Part shown: in pieces, positions 13,921 through 23,639 of the stretch
How the letters are laid out: the number at the start of each line of letters is the position of its first letter
Numbering within the stretch: position 1 is the stretch's first letter
DNA from: Rhynchobatus australiae
Lineage: Eukaryota
DNA length: 64,000 nt
Direction of reading: 5' to 3'
Assembly (NCBI GenBank): GCA_034780895.1
Contig: JAUZTB010000017.1
Location: forward strand, 31,071,345-31,135,344
The notes under the pieces: generated by a model
Database searches by the model: none
What the model was told of the DNA's origin: nothing
The model's input: the letters and a program-made list of their open reading frames with translations, nothing else
Position numbers and translations under genes: made by a program

Positions 13921-15304
13921 ATTTATTTTCAATCTGTGATCAAAAGGAAAGAAGGCAGAAGAAATTAAATGATTACAGGGGGGGACGATGGTACAAGATA
14001 AAAGGGGAAGGTAAAGAAAAATGAATTAAAGGGAGATTTAAATGAATAGATCAAAGCCATTATTTGAAATTGATGAAGTCTTATTTGGTTCAGGAGCCTG
14101 CAAATTATTCATTAAACTTTTATTACATCCAGGTACAATCCTCTTGGATTATTAGAAAGAGAATTTTTTACTGATCTGTTTCACCACTGCACAGCAATGG
14201 GTTGGCAAAGCCAATCTACAGAGGACCTGCATGCTGCAAAGCATTTGGTGGCAGAGATAAACATTTTACTTTGAGCTGCAGCTCTCTAAACTGCTGTTGT
14301 AAAGCCAGATTTGCAGCTCCCAAATCAGCCATTTCACTGCAATAAGCAATTATATACCAGATGCTCACCACAATTATCTAATTGAGATGATCTAGAAAGA
14401 TGTATCAGAGTTGATCTTATTTTCACAATCAAGTCTGTGCCATAATGTTTCAACACCATTTGCAACCATTGTAAAAAAAAATCTCACTGTTGTATGATAC
14501 TAATCCATGTCTAAATAAATTTGACCCCTTGCAGCTGATAGATTGAGGAATCTTTCAACTCATTGCCTTGGATTGGATTCAATCCCTGTATTTATCAACA
14601 AATGGAGATTATGCTAACCCAATGCAACATCCACTTCCTTTCCTATAGTTTCCAATATGTTGGATATCAGAAGAAAGAATTTGATAATGCATAAAACGCA
14701 CAAAAGTTAGTAGATTTCAATTCCTTGTATTTAGTTCTTTATGGTCATTTCCATAAAATAAACATCTCTTCTAAACTGACATTAAATATACTTCCATTGG
14801 GTGTAAGAACAGCGGCAGGTTGTGGAAAAAATCTTAAATTATCTGTTAAATATTAAAAGAAAAAGTCACTAGATTTTAGATTATGAAACCCGTGAGAAAA
14901 CGCACATTGGGACATCATCCAAGTTTTGTTTGGAGACTAAACTGTAGAATGCTCAGCTGGACACAACATGGTAACATGTGTGATTGGAAAGACCAGCAAA
15001 AACTAATGGTTAGCAGCTAGCCTGCTGGACTTCTAAGGAAATTGACTCTTTGGTTCTGTTCCAGGAAATAATTGTGCAGACACATATATGCAATGTGATT
15101 TTGGAATTAGAGAGAGGCTCCAGCAATAAAAGGAAATCCTAGTATCAACAAAAAGACAGCTCCAGAACTAGAAATGAATTTATTTTGAGAGTTATTTATG
15201 TGGTTGAAATGATAGTGGCTGAAACTGAAAGGGTTCCTCTTTTCTCATTTCTGGCATTTTGCTATATGATTTTGTGTTTGTATAAAGGCAGTTCAGAGTT
15301 TCAA

Positions 15305-15955
15305 CTTTAATTTGGTGGCAGTACCCTTGTCTCTGAATCAGAAAGTTGCACTTTTAAGTTGCACTTCAGAACAGCTGCACAAAATTTTTATTGCAAGAAG
15401 AGTGAGATTGACAATTTGAATCATTTGAGGGCCAGTCTTTGCCAACATGGAAGTGCTAAACTTTGTGAGGGGTCCTCACAGAGGTTAGCCCTGGTGTAGG
15501 TTCAGTGACTGCATTCATTTCAGTGGAGAGGAAGCGTACCAAGAAAGAGAAGAAAATTGCAGGTATTCTAGTTTCCTGGTATTTTAAATGTTTTGCTTCT
15601 TTTGACTTAAATTTTGATTTTTTTAAGCTTTAATATTTTTTAATTTTTGAACACTTTTGAATTTTCATGAATGTTGGAGTCTTTTGATAGTTTTGACAGT
15701 TGTTAACCTATGGGCCTGACTTTGCTGGCTTTCGAACAAGAAGTGGTGGGCTTACCAGTAGTGACAGTGCAAGTATTTTCCTGGAAGCACCGTCAATTGG
15801 ATAAGATGTCAAGCCCTGTCATTCTTTCATATGAAAGATCCCGCCTAATATCTACACTCAACTAAATCATAAAACAGATTATCTGATCATTTATTTAATT
15901 GCTATTTTGTAGGAACTTCTGTGTGCAAATTTGTTGCCGTGTTTACTCAATTTGC
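15305..15955 (+). mobile_element. DeuSINE (SacSINE1-like) 5' part, interrupted
   Basis: tRNA-like head GGTGGCAGTACCCTTGTCTCTGAATCAGAAAGTTG at ~15315; Deu-domain-like AAAACAGATTATCTGATCATTTATTTAATTGCTATTTTGTAGGAACTTCTGTGTGCAAATTTGTTGCCGTGTTT at ~15870-15945; unrelated sequence lies between ~15400 and ~15790. Confidence 0.65.
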
Positions 15956-15984
15956 TGCTATGTTTACTCTCATTACTCTCCTTT

Positions 15985-16115
15985 TCACATTGGCCATCTT
16001 GCCTTTCCACTCTCAGTCCTGATGCAGGGTTTCAGCCCAAACCATCAACGATTCCTCTGCCTCCACAGACGCTGCCCGGTCCTCGATGTTCCTCCAGCTC
16101 TGTATTGTTTGCTGC
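15985..16115 (+). mobile_element. Penelope-like terminal repeat fragment
   Basis: CTTTCCACTCTCAGTCCTGATGCAGGGTTTCAGCCC...CCACAGACGCTGCCCGG...GTTCCTCCAGC; close relative of 16975-17105. Confidence 0.75.
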
Positions 16116-16359
16116 TGTTCTTAATGTGCTGTAAGTTCATGTCTGAAACCTATCAGTGCATTCTGAGAAGCGTTTTAACAATGGTTTGCAGCATCCAATA
16201 AACAGAAGATGCCTGTCCATACGGGGATTTACATGCAGCTGGTGCTGTGGCTGAGGCAGATATAAAAACAGATTTAATGAAAAAGGAGAGCTTGCAAGTC
16301 AGGAATGAGCCTCAGTCTCTCTTTCACAGGGTTCAGTTAGAAGCTGTCGACTGGCACCA

Positions 16360-16871
16360 ATAGCCTGTCCTGGTCCAACCACGTAGATGCCATGGCTCAG
16401 AAAGCTCATCAGTGCCTCTACTTTCTCAGGAGGCCAAAGAAATTTGGCATGTCCCCTTAGATACCCACTAATTTTTATCAATGAACTATACATCCTATCC
16501 AGATGTATCACGGCTTGGTATGGCAACTGTTCTGCCTGGAACTGCTAGAAACTGCAGAGAGTTGTGGACACAGCTCAGCACATCACGGAAACCAACCTCC
16601 ATGGAGTCTGTCTAACTTCTTGCTGCCTAGGTAAAGCAGGAACATAATCAAAGACCCCACCCACCCCGGACATTCTCTCTTCTCCCCCCTCTCGTCAGGC
16701 AGAAGATACAAAAGCCTGAAAGCACATCCCACCAGGCTCAAGGACAGCTTCTATCCTGCTGTTATAAGCCTATTGAACGGTCCCCTTGTACAACAAGATG
16801 GACTCTTGACCTCACAATCTACCTCATTATGACCTTGCACCTTATTGTCTGCCTGCACTGCACTTTCTCTG
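16360..16871 (+). mobile_element. Rex1/Babar LINE 3' fragment (second subfamily)
   Basis: Decayed LSWSNHVDAMAQKAHQCLYFLRR...CITAWYGNCSA..C.KLQRVVDTAQHIT...IIKDPTHPGHSLFSPLSSGRRYKSLKA.P.RLKDSFYPAVISLLNG; runs into an N-gap. Confidence 0.9.
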
Positions 16872-16974
16872 NNNNNNNNNNNNNNNNNNNNNNNNNNNNN
16901 NNNNNNNNNNNNNNNNNNNNNNNNNNNNNNNNNNNNNNNNNNNNNNNNNNNNNNNNNNNNNNNNNNNNNNNCTC

Positions 16975-17105
16975 TTCTCTGTGCTAGCATCCTCGCCTTT
17001 CCACTCTCAGTCCTGATGCAGGGTTTTTACCTGAAACGTCGACATTTCTTTCCTCCCCACAGATGCTGCTTAAGTCGCTGAGTTCTTCTAGCAGGTTGTT
17101 TGTTA
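16975..17105 (+). mobile_element. Penelope-like terminal repeat fragment with hammerhead-like motif
   Basis: CAGTCCTGATGCAGGGTTTTTACCTGAAACGTCGAC...CCACAGATGCTGCTTAAGTCGCTGAGTTCTTCTAGCAG. Confidence 0.8.
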
Positions 17106-17109
17106 CTAA

Positions 17110-17210
17110 ACTACAACTGTGACTGCACTTCTCAAAAATACTTCATTGACTGTAAAACATTTTGGATGTCCTAATTTTGGGTAAAGTGCTAATTAAGTTC
17201 AAGTAGTTTA
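17110..17210 (+). mobile_element. DeuSINE 3' part (continuation of 15305-15955)
   Basis: CTACAACTGTGACTGCACTTCTCAAAAATACTTCATTGACTGTAAAACATTTTGGATGTCC...AAAGTGCTAATTAAGTTCAAGT resembles the DeuSINE/L2-type 3' tail. Confidence 0.65.
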
Positions 17211-17739
17211 GTCTTATTTTTCCCCAATGTATACAATTTCAGATATTCCTTTCTTATCAGTATGGCTTAATTGCAGATGCTAATTTTTGTATGGTGATGA
17301 GCACCAGAGTTTCCTTCTGTTTCAATCATTTTGTTCCCAAGCTCCATTGATCTGTTTCATAAAATGATTAATCCCCTTCTCAAGGGCAGTTTACTTAAAA
17401 ATGGGGAATTCATGATGTTGAGAATCCATCCTTCTGAGTCAGAGATTCTGTCTTTGCTGTTTCTCATTTATACTCCATCTATTTTCTATAAACTGTTTTG
17501 TTCTTGTTTATCCTCAGTTTATATTTTAGAATTCCTGTAACCAATAATATAAAATGCCATGCATTGCTTGGCAGATTTTAAATTTAGAGTGTGGTGCAGA
17601 CCTACCACATTTTCCATATTTGTAATCACTGCGATTAAAATACTTTGTTTAATTCTTTGAACAGCACCTAGTTTAGAAAAATCATAATTAATGTTTCAGC
17701 ATTGATTAACAAAACCTGTCTGGCTCCAAAAGATGTACA

Positions 17740-17983
17740 ATGTTGACAATGAGGGATAAATATTGATCAGCATGCTGAGGAAATCATCTGATTTTCTTTG
17801 ATTATAATACCACTGTATCTTTTGCAGCCCTTGGAGAGAGCCAACAAGTTCAAGGTTTAGCATCAATTTTTTCAGATGGTACTTCAGAGTGTTAGCCTAG
17901 ATTTAATGTACTCATGTCTCTGGAGCAGGATTTGAACTTAGAACTTCTGCCTCAGAGGCAAAAATACCACCACTGAGCCACAC
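17740..17983 (-). mobile_element. DeuSINE (SacSINE1-like)
   Basis: Reverse complement begins GTGTGGCTCAGTGGTGGTATTTTGCCTCTGAGGCAGAAGTTCTAAGTTCAAATCCTGCTCCAGAGACATGAG (tRNA A/B-box head), followed by Deu-like ATATTTATCCCTCA. Confidence 0.7.
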
Positions 17984-18879
17984 AGTTCCTTTGAGTCAGT
18001 AAGTGAAATAACTCGTTCGGGGTAGCAATATGACTGTCCAATGGCTTCTAGTGGTAAGTGTGCTCAATGATGATGATCCAGTGTTATGATATGGCAATGA
18101 TTTCTGTGTGATAAATAATCACTTACTTGAAGCAGTGCTGCACTGTTTGTCAACATTACTCAACATTATGAGAACGTGGGGGAAGAAAGTTGATTGGACA
18201 AAAAGTAGTAAATATAACCTTTGCATAGGCTGGTCACATGACACCAATGTTACATTACAAATACTGTAAATACCTGGGAGTTCTCCTCTTTCTCAAAAAT
18301 GTACACACAACACTCTATTTAAAAGTGGAATTACCTCCCACATTCAATTTGTGGCTAATTGTTCAAACTTTCCAAACCCAATTGCATACATTGAAAGAAA
18401 GTTAATTTATTAAGAGTTGCTGAACTACAGCTGGTGTAATCACAACTAGCGAGTAACTTACTATTTGGTCTGTCTTACATATGTAATTAGATCATTTCAC
18501 TATGTTAGTTATATAACAAGCAGAAGGCGGTCTTCTCTTTGCCTTTGCAAAATCCATTAGGAGCTGCTTTCAAATGGAAATGTAGTGCTAAAAATCCAGG
18601 TTCCCTGCTTTTGTAGCAGGCTGAAGTGATGGTTGGATGATTCCCAATTCAATTTGCTCTGAACAAGGGGTAGTCAGTTCGTGCCAAGATGTTGGTGTGT
18701 AGCTACCATTAGGATACAACTACTAGTGCTTTGATCTATTTCCTTATTATTTTAAATATTTTTTACTGTTCATATAGTAGCACTTTAAGATTCCGGCACA
18801 AAAACTGATCAATTTACTAATTTTAGGATTATGAACTGAAGGCAAACTCTGGGTGCAAAGCATGCTTACATGGACTTTA

Positions 18880-19150
18880 AGTCAAAGTTGAGTTTATTGT
18901 CATATGCACAGGTGCAACGAAAACTTACTTGCAGCAGTATCATAGGCACATAGCATCAAAGACACAGCATTGACAAGATAAGCATAAATTATAAAAAAAA
19001 TTATACAAGAAAGACTGTTTCCTCCCACATTCTAAAGACATACTTGTAGGTTAATTTGGGGTTTAAAATGGGCGGCGTGGACTTGTTGGGCCGGAAGGGC
19101 CAGTTACCACACTAAATAAAATTTTAAAAAATTTAAAATTTAATTTAATT
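18880..19150. mobile_element. LINE 3'UTR fragment (minus, Rex1/Babar-like) with an adjacent 5'-truncated V-SINE-type fragment (plus)
   Basis: AAGTCAAAGTTGAGTTTATTGTCATATGCAC...CTTACTTGCAGCAG (reverse of a LINE tail), then GTTTCCTCCCACATTCTAAAGAC...TTGTTGGGCCGGAAGGGCCAGTTACC with an AT-rich tail. Confidence 0.55.
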
Positions 19151-20035
19151 TAACACAATTAGAACACAAAAAATACAATGTCTTTATCCTGATGTCAGTA
19201 AAGTGCCTATTTTGATGATTACCATCTGCTCAATCACCATATGAGAGATCAAATATATAAAGATTTATCTTAAAAGGGGACATATTCAGAGGGATTATGT
19301 TAAGATTGAAAGTCACTGAAATTGACTCTGTCCTGTAACGTAGACCTAATACTTCTTGGCTTTAAAGTGATGAAGTGTGAAGTGATAATAATAATGAACC
19401 AAATAAGGAAGCAAAACAAAATGAAATGAATAGATCTGCTGCAAGTAGCTTGCAAAGAGCCACCATGCTCTGGTGCCATCAATGTTGTGAGGTTTTGTAA
19501 AATTCATTTCAACACTGTAGTACTTGTTGCTTGGGGTTTAAATTGGGCCCACAAGCTGAATTATTTACAATGTGAAATAAGTAACCTATTAATAACTTAT
19601 TTACTTTTAGCTAAGAATAGTTTCTGCCCCTTTCACATACTTCATTTACATTTGAGGTTTCTAGTTATAGTGATGCCACAGTGGATATATGGAACTGTGA
19701 GGCAGTGGTCCCACTTATCATTACCGTAAAACCATGGAATGGGACCTCAACAAAATGTATCACCATTTGTTCAAAACTGTTGTGGCACAAACTTGCCTAG
19801 ACACGATAAGTGAAGTCCTCACAATCAGTTTCTGCTAACCTTTATTCAATTCAATAGATAGGTTCTATAGACAAGTCCATGTGAGTAAGCAAGTTTACAG
19901 TATGTAGCTGGATTATATCCTATGGTAGGATTACCATTTGACATGATGCGTGCACATGAGGTGCAAGGGGAGTTGAGACTATTAAACTCAGTGTAATGAC
20001 ATCAGTGTGATATCTGACCTTGTACTCTTCCACAG

Positions 20036-20095
20036 GTTTCAGCTCATTACTGTTTGCACTTTACTTCCAATTTAGAAGGATTAGACTCTAGCAAT
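20036..20095 (+). CDS. Candidate internal coding exon of host gene (alternative donor would end it at 20115)
   Basis: Branch-like CTGAC plus pyrimidine tract TTGTACTCTTCCACAG acceptor; open frame VSAHYCLHFTSNLEGLDSSN; donors AAT|GTAAAT (phase 0, compatible with the 30428 exon) or TAA|GTATGT. No homology evidence. Confidence 0.3.
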
Positions 20096-20399
20096 GTAAA
20101 TATTACAGAACATAAGTATGTTTCCATACTTATGAATCATTATCTTCATGAACAAATTTTGGTATTCTTTGTGGACCAGTTTGAAAATTCTGATAGTGAA
20201 GGAAAGTGAATCATATGCTTCTGATATGCACTGCACACACTATTAAATTGTTTTCTAATAGCTAGATATTTTATAGATGATCAATTTTTAATGAAATGTT
20301 GTTGCATTAAGATTTTGAAAAGAACTATTTTGCAGCAAGCCGATGTTTATAACCTCAGACAATTTTCTTCTATTCCAAGATTGTTGACATAATAGAAGA

Positions 20400-21590
20400 T
20401 CTTTAAGAAATAGGAACATGATTAAGTTGTACATTCCTCAATCCTACTCTGCCATTCAGTAGTGTTATTGATAATCTGATCTTTGGCCTCAATGTTTACC
20501 TGCCTTGAACATGGTTAATAACCCATAGTGTTCTGGGGTAGAGAATTCCGAGGATTCACAATTCTCTACCCCAGTAATTCCTCTTCATTTCTGACGTGGT
20601 TGATCCTCTGTCTTCAGACTGTGTCCCCTGGCTTTAGACACCCTCACCAGGGGAAACATCTTCACAGTATCAACTGCTTCAAGCCTCCTCAGACCCTTGT
20701 GTGTTTTGATTAGATCACTTCCCTTCCATCTGAACTCCCAGAGAGTTTAGATCCATTCTATTCAACCTTTTCTCTTTTTTCCTAAAAAACCCTCTGATCC
20801 CAGGAGCCCAGCAAGTAAACTTTCATTGCACCAAATCTAAAGTTGGTAAATTCTTCCATCAACAGACCAAAACTCCAGATATAGTTTCACCAAAGCCATG
20901 TAGAGTTGCAGCAAAACTTTTTTACTCTTGTGTGTCTTACTCGTTGCAGTGAAAGCTAATATACCATTTGCCACCTTAATTACTTCCTATACTGCATGCT
21001 AATTTCCTGTGTTTCTTGTGCAAGGGCACCCGGACAAAAATGTAGAAAACGGGAACCGGAGGTCACCAGACAGTTCTTCAAGCCTGTTCTGTCTTTCCAG
21101 TACAATCAGCATTAAACCTGTTTCTTGATACCAGTCCTCTTGAAGCATTTTGTTTAGAAATCCATCTAACTCCTCCTTAACTATATTTAACAACTTGGCC
21201 TCCACTGCCTTCTGTGATCTCATGGACACCAAGTTTTAATAGTCTTGTACTACTTGCGTAATACCTTGCTTTTCTATTCATATTTCCTATCATTATGTGA
21301 CATTTTCCAATTTTTTCATCTACTCAATAAACCTGTTTAAATTCTTTTGTCTACACTTCATTCGTTCATGGCAATTTACTTTCCCACCTATCTTTGTATT
21401 ACCAGCAAAAAAAAAGATGAATTATGCCTAGTCCCTTCATCTCAGCCAATAATCTAAATTGTAAATAGCTGAGACTCTAGCACTAATCCCTGAGGCCTTC
21501 CTATTAGTATCAGCTTGCCAACTTTAAAATGACCTGTTTATCCTTGCCTTCTATTTTTCAGCCCTTAACCAATTTTCTGTCCAAAATAAT
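20400..21590 (-). mobile_element. Old CR1 LINE 3' half with a nested shorter CR1 3' piece (~21040-21225)
   Basis: Reverse-oriented CR1 tail (AAGAAATAGGAACATG...GCCATTCAGT) and RT C-terminal region ending at the reverse of the G.PQG.VL motif (AGCACTAATCCCTGAGG, ~21480). Confidence 0.7.
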
Positions 21591-22559
21591 GTTACCGTAC
21601 TTTTAATTGTTTAGTGAAAGGGGTACTGTTATATTTGAAAAGATATTTCTGCAGCAAATCTTAATGGTTATTCTCTGAACTTGATGCATATCAGTTGATG
21701 AAACTTCTGGCTTGAAGGAAAGGATTCCCACCTGGAAATGCTTTACTTGAGTGTGTTAATCAAAATGTTTCCTTTTATTTTGGATATTTTACACTGGTGG
21801 CAACTTTTTGAACTTTGGTCATTTCCCACATGTACTGATCACTCACTTGGTATGCAGCAAACAAAATGGCAAAGCTCCATGTTTGGTTTAAGGCTTAAAT
21901 TCTCAGTAGATGATTCAATAAGAGGGAATTCATAAAGTTTGGGAAGCTGAAATGTGTTTTATTTAAGAAGTTCTCTGCAGTATACATAGAAGCAATAATT
22001 GTTGTATACCTAAAATTTCAACCAATATTGTAAACAGAATAAAGTCAGAAGGCTTGGTTGATCAGGTTTACAAAAATTAAGTTTAATGAAATACTATCTT
22101 GTGCACGTCAGCTCTGGTTAACCTGTAGAAGATATCGCATGTATGCAATAGGTTATTGCTGAGCTGCCTCTCCCGATGTTGGTTGTGTAGAGTGTTGAAC
22201 CGTGGGAATTATTTCCCAAGTTCATTGGGGTATTTTGGGCAAGGGCTTCTTGAAAAGCAAAGAGTTTTCACCCCTTCCTACAGACATTTGAATGTCGAAA
22301 AATACCACAGCAAAATCTGGTCCTGATTTCACACAGCAGCTGGAAGTCACTGGATAGGGATTAAGGGAGGCTAAATTTGGTAGTGCCTAAAAATGGATAC
22401 ATGGATTAAAATGTAAAATGCGCAATTTATATGCATTGGAACTGCTACAACCAACATTTAAAATTCATCCTGCCTGCTTAGTTTGATGATTCCAGCATCT
22501 TGGAAGTGCTGATTGCATTGTGCCTTGCCTTGTTTCTTCAGCCTAGGACCCAATTTTGT

Positions 22560-23585
22560 GAGAGGTCATCATAAGTTCAAAGGCAAATTGGGTTCAAAAT
22601 TGCCTTGGTAATTAAAGGAGGTTTGATGGCAGAGGGTTGCTTTTGTGATTGGAAGCCTGTGCCACAGGGACTGGTGCTGGGGCCCTTGCTGTTTATTATA
22701 TACATTAATGATTTGGTAGTGAATGTAGGAGTTATGTTTGCAAGTTTACAAATGACACAAAATTGGTGATGGATGTTGATAGTGAAGAGAGTAGTTTTAG
22801 GCTATAGCTGGATATTGTTAAGTTGGTAAAATGGGAAGAGCAATGGCAGATGGAATTTAATCCTGATGTCTGAGGTGATGCATTTTGGGAGGACTAATTA
22901 GGCCAGGACATAGTGCATGATAGGGCCTGAAGGAGTATGAGGAACAGGCGTGCAAATCCAAGGATACCTGAAGATGGTTAGGAAGGCATATGGGATACTT
23001 GCCTTCATAAGCCAGGGCATAGAACATGAAAGCAGGGAGGTTATGGTTGAAACTTTATAAAACATTGGTTAAGCCACAACCAGAGTAATGTGTGCAGTTC
23101 TGTTTGCTACACTGTAGGAAGGACATGATTGTACTGGATAGGCTGCAGAGGAGATTCACCAAAAATGTTGCCTTGGATCGAGCATTTCAATTTTAAGGAG
23201 AGACTAGGCTGGGTTTATTTTCCAGGGGGACCTGAAAGAGGTGTATAAAATTAAGAAGGTCATAGATAAAGTGGATTAAAGAAACTTTTCTCCATAGCAA
23301 ACGTATCTAAAAACAAAGGGCATAGGTTTAAGTTAAAGGGTCGAAGGTTTAGAGTGTATCTGAGGAAGACTTTCCCCTGAAACATGTTTAGAATTTAGAA
23401 TGCACTGCCTGGGTGGGTGATGGAGGCAGAGATCTTAACAAAATTTGAGAAATATCTAAATAAGTATTTGAATAACTCGGGCAAAGAAACCCATAGACTA
23501 AATGCTGTTAAATGGCAAGATTACAGATGAACATGTTGGGCCAAAGAACCTATTTCTATGCTATGTGTTGAGATGATTCTATGAC
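22560..23585 (+). mobile_element. CR1 (HER1-like) LINE 3' fragment
   Basis: PQGLVLGPLLFIIYINDL, W.MEFNP...EVMHFGR.N, LYKTLVKPQ.E.CVQF motifs; ends in a TTCTATG-type tail. Confidence 0.9.
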
Positions 23586-23639
23586 AGTAAGAGTTGATTT
23601 TTAAATTCCTGATGATTTGGGATCAGGGTAGGACTCAAA

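Noticed and set aside
17915-17983. tRNA gene
   Set aside because: Degenerate A/B-box head continuous with a SINE body; no intact cloverleaf. The same applies to the SINE heads at ~570-618 and ~15315.
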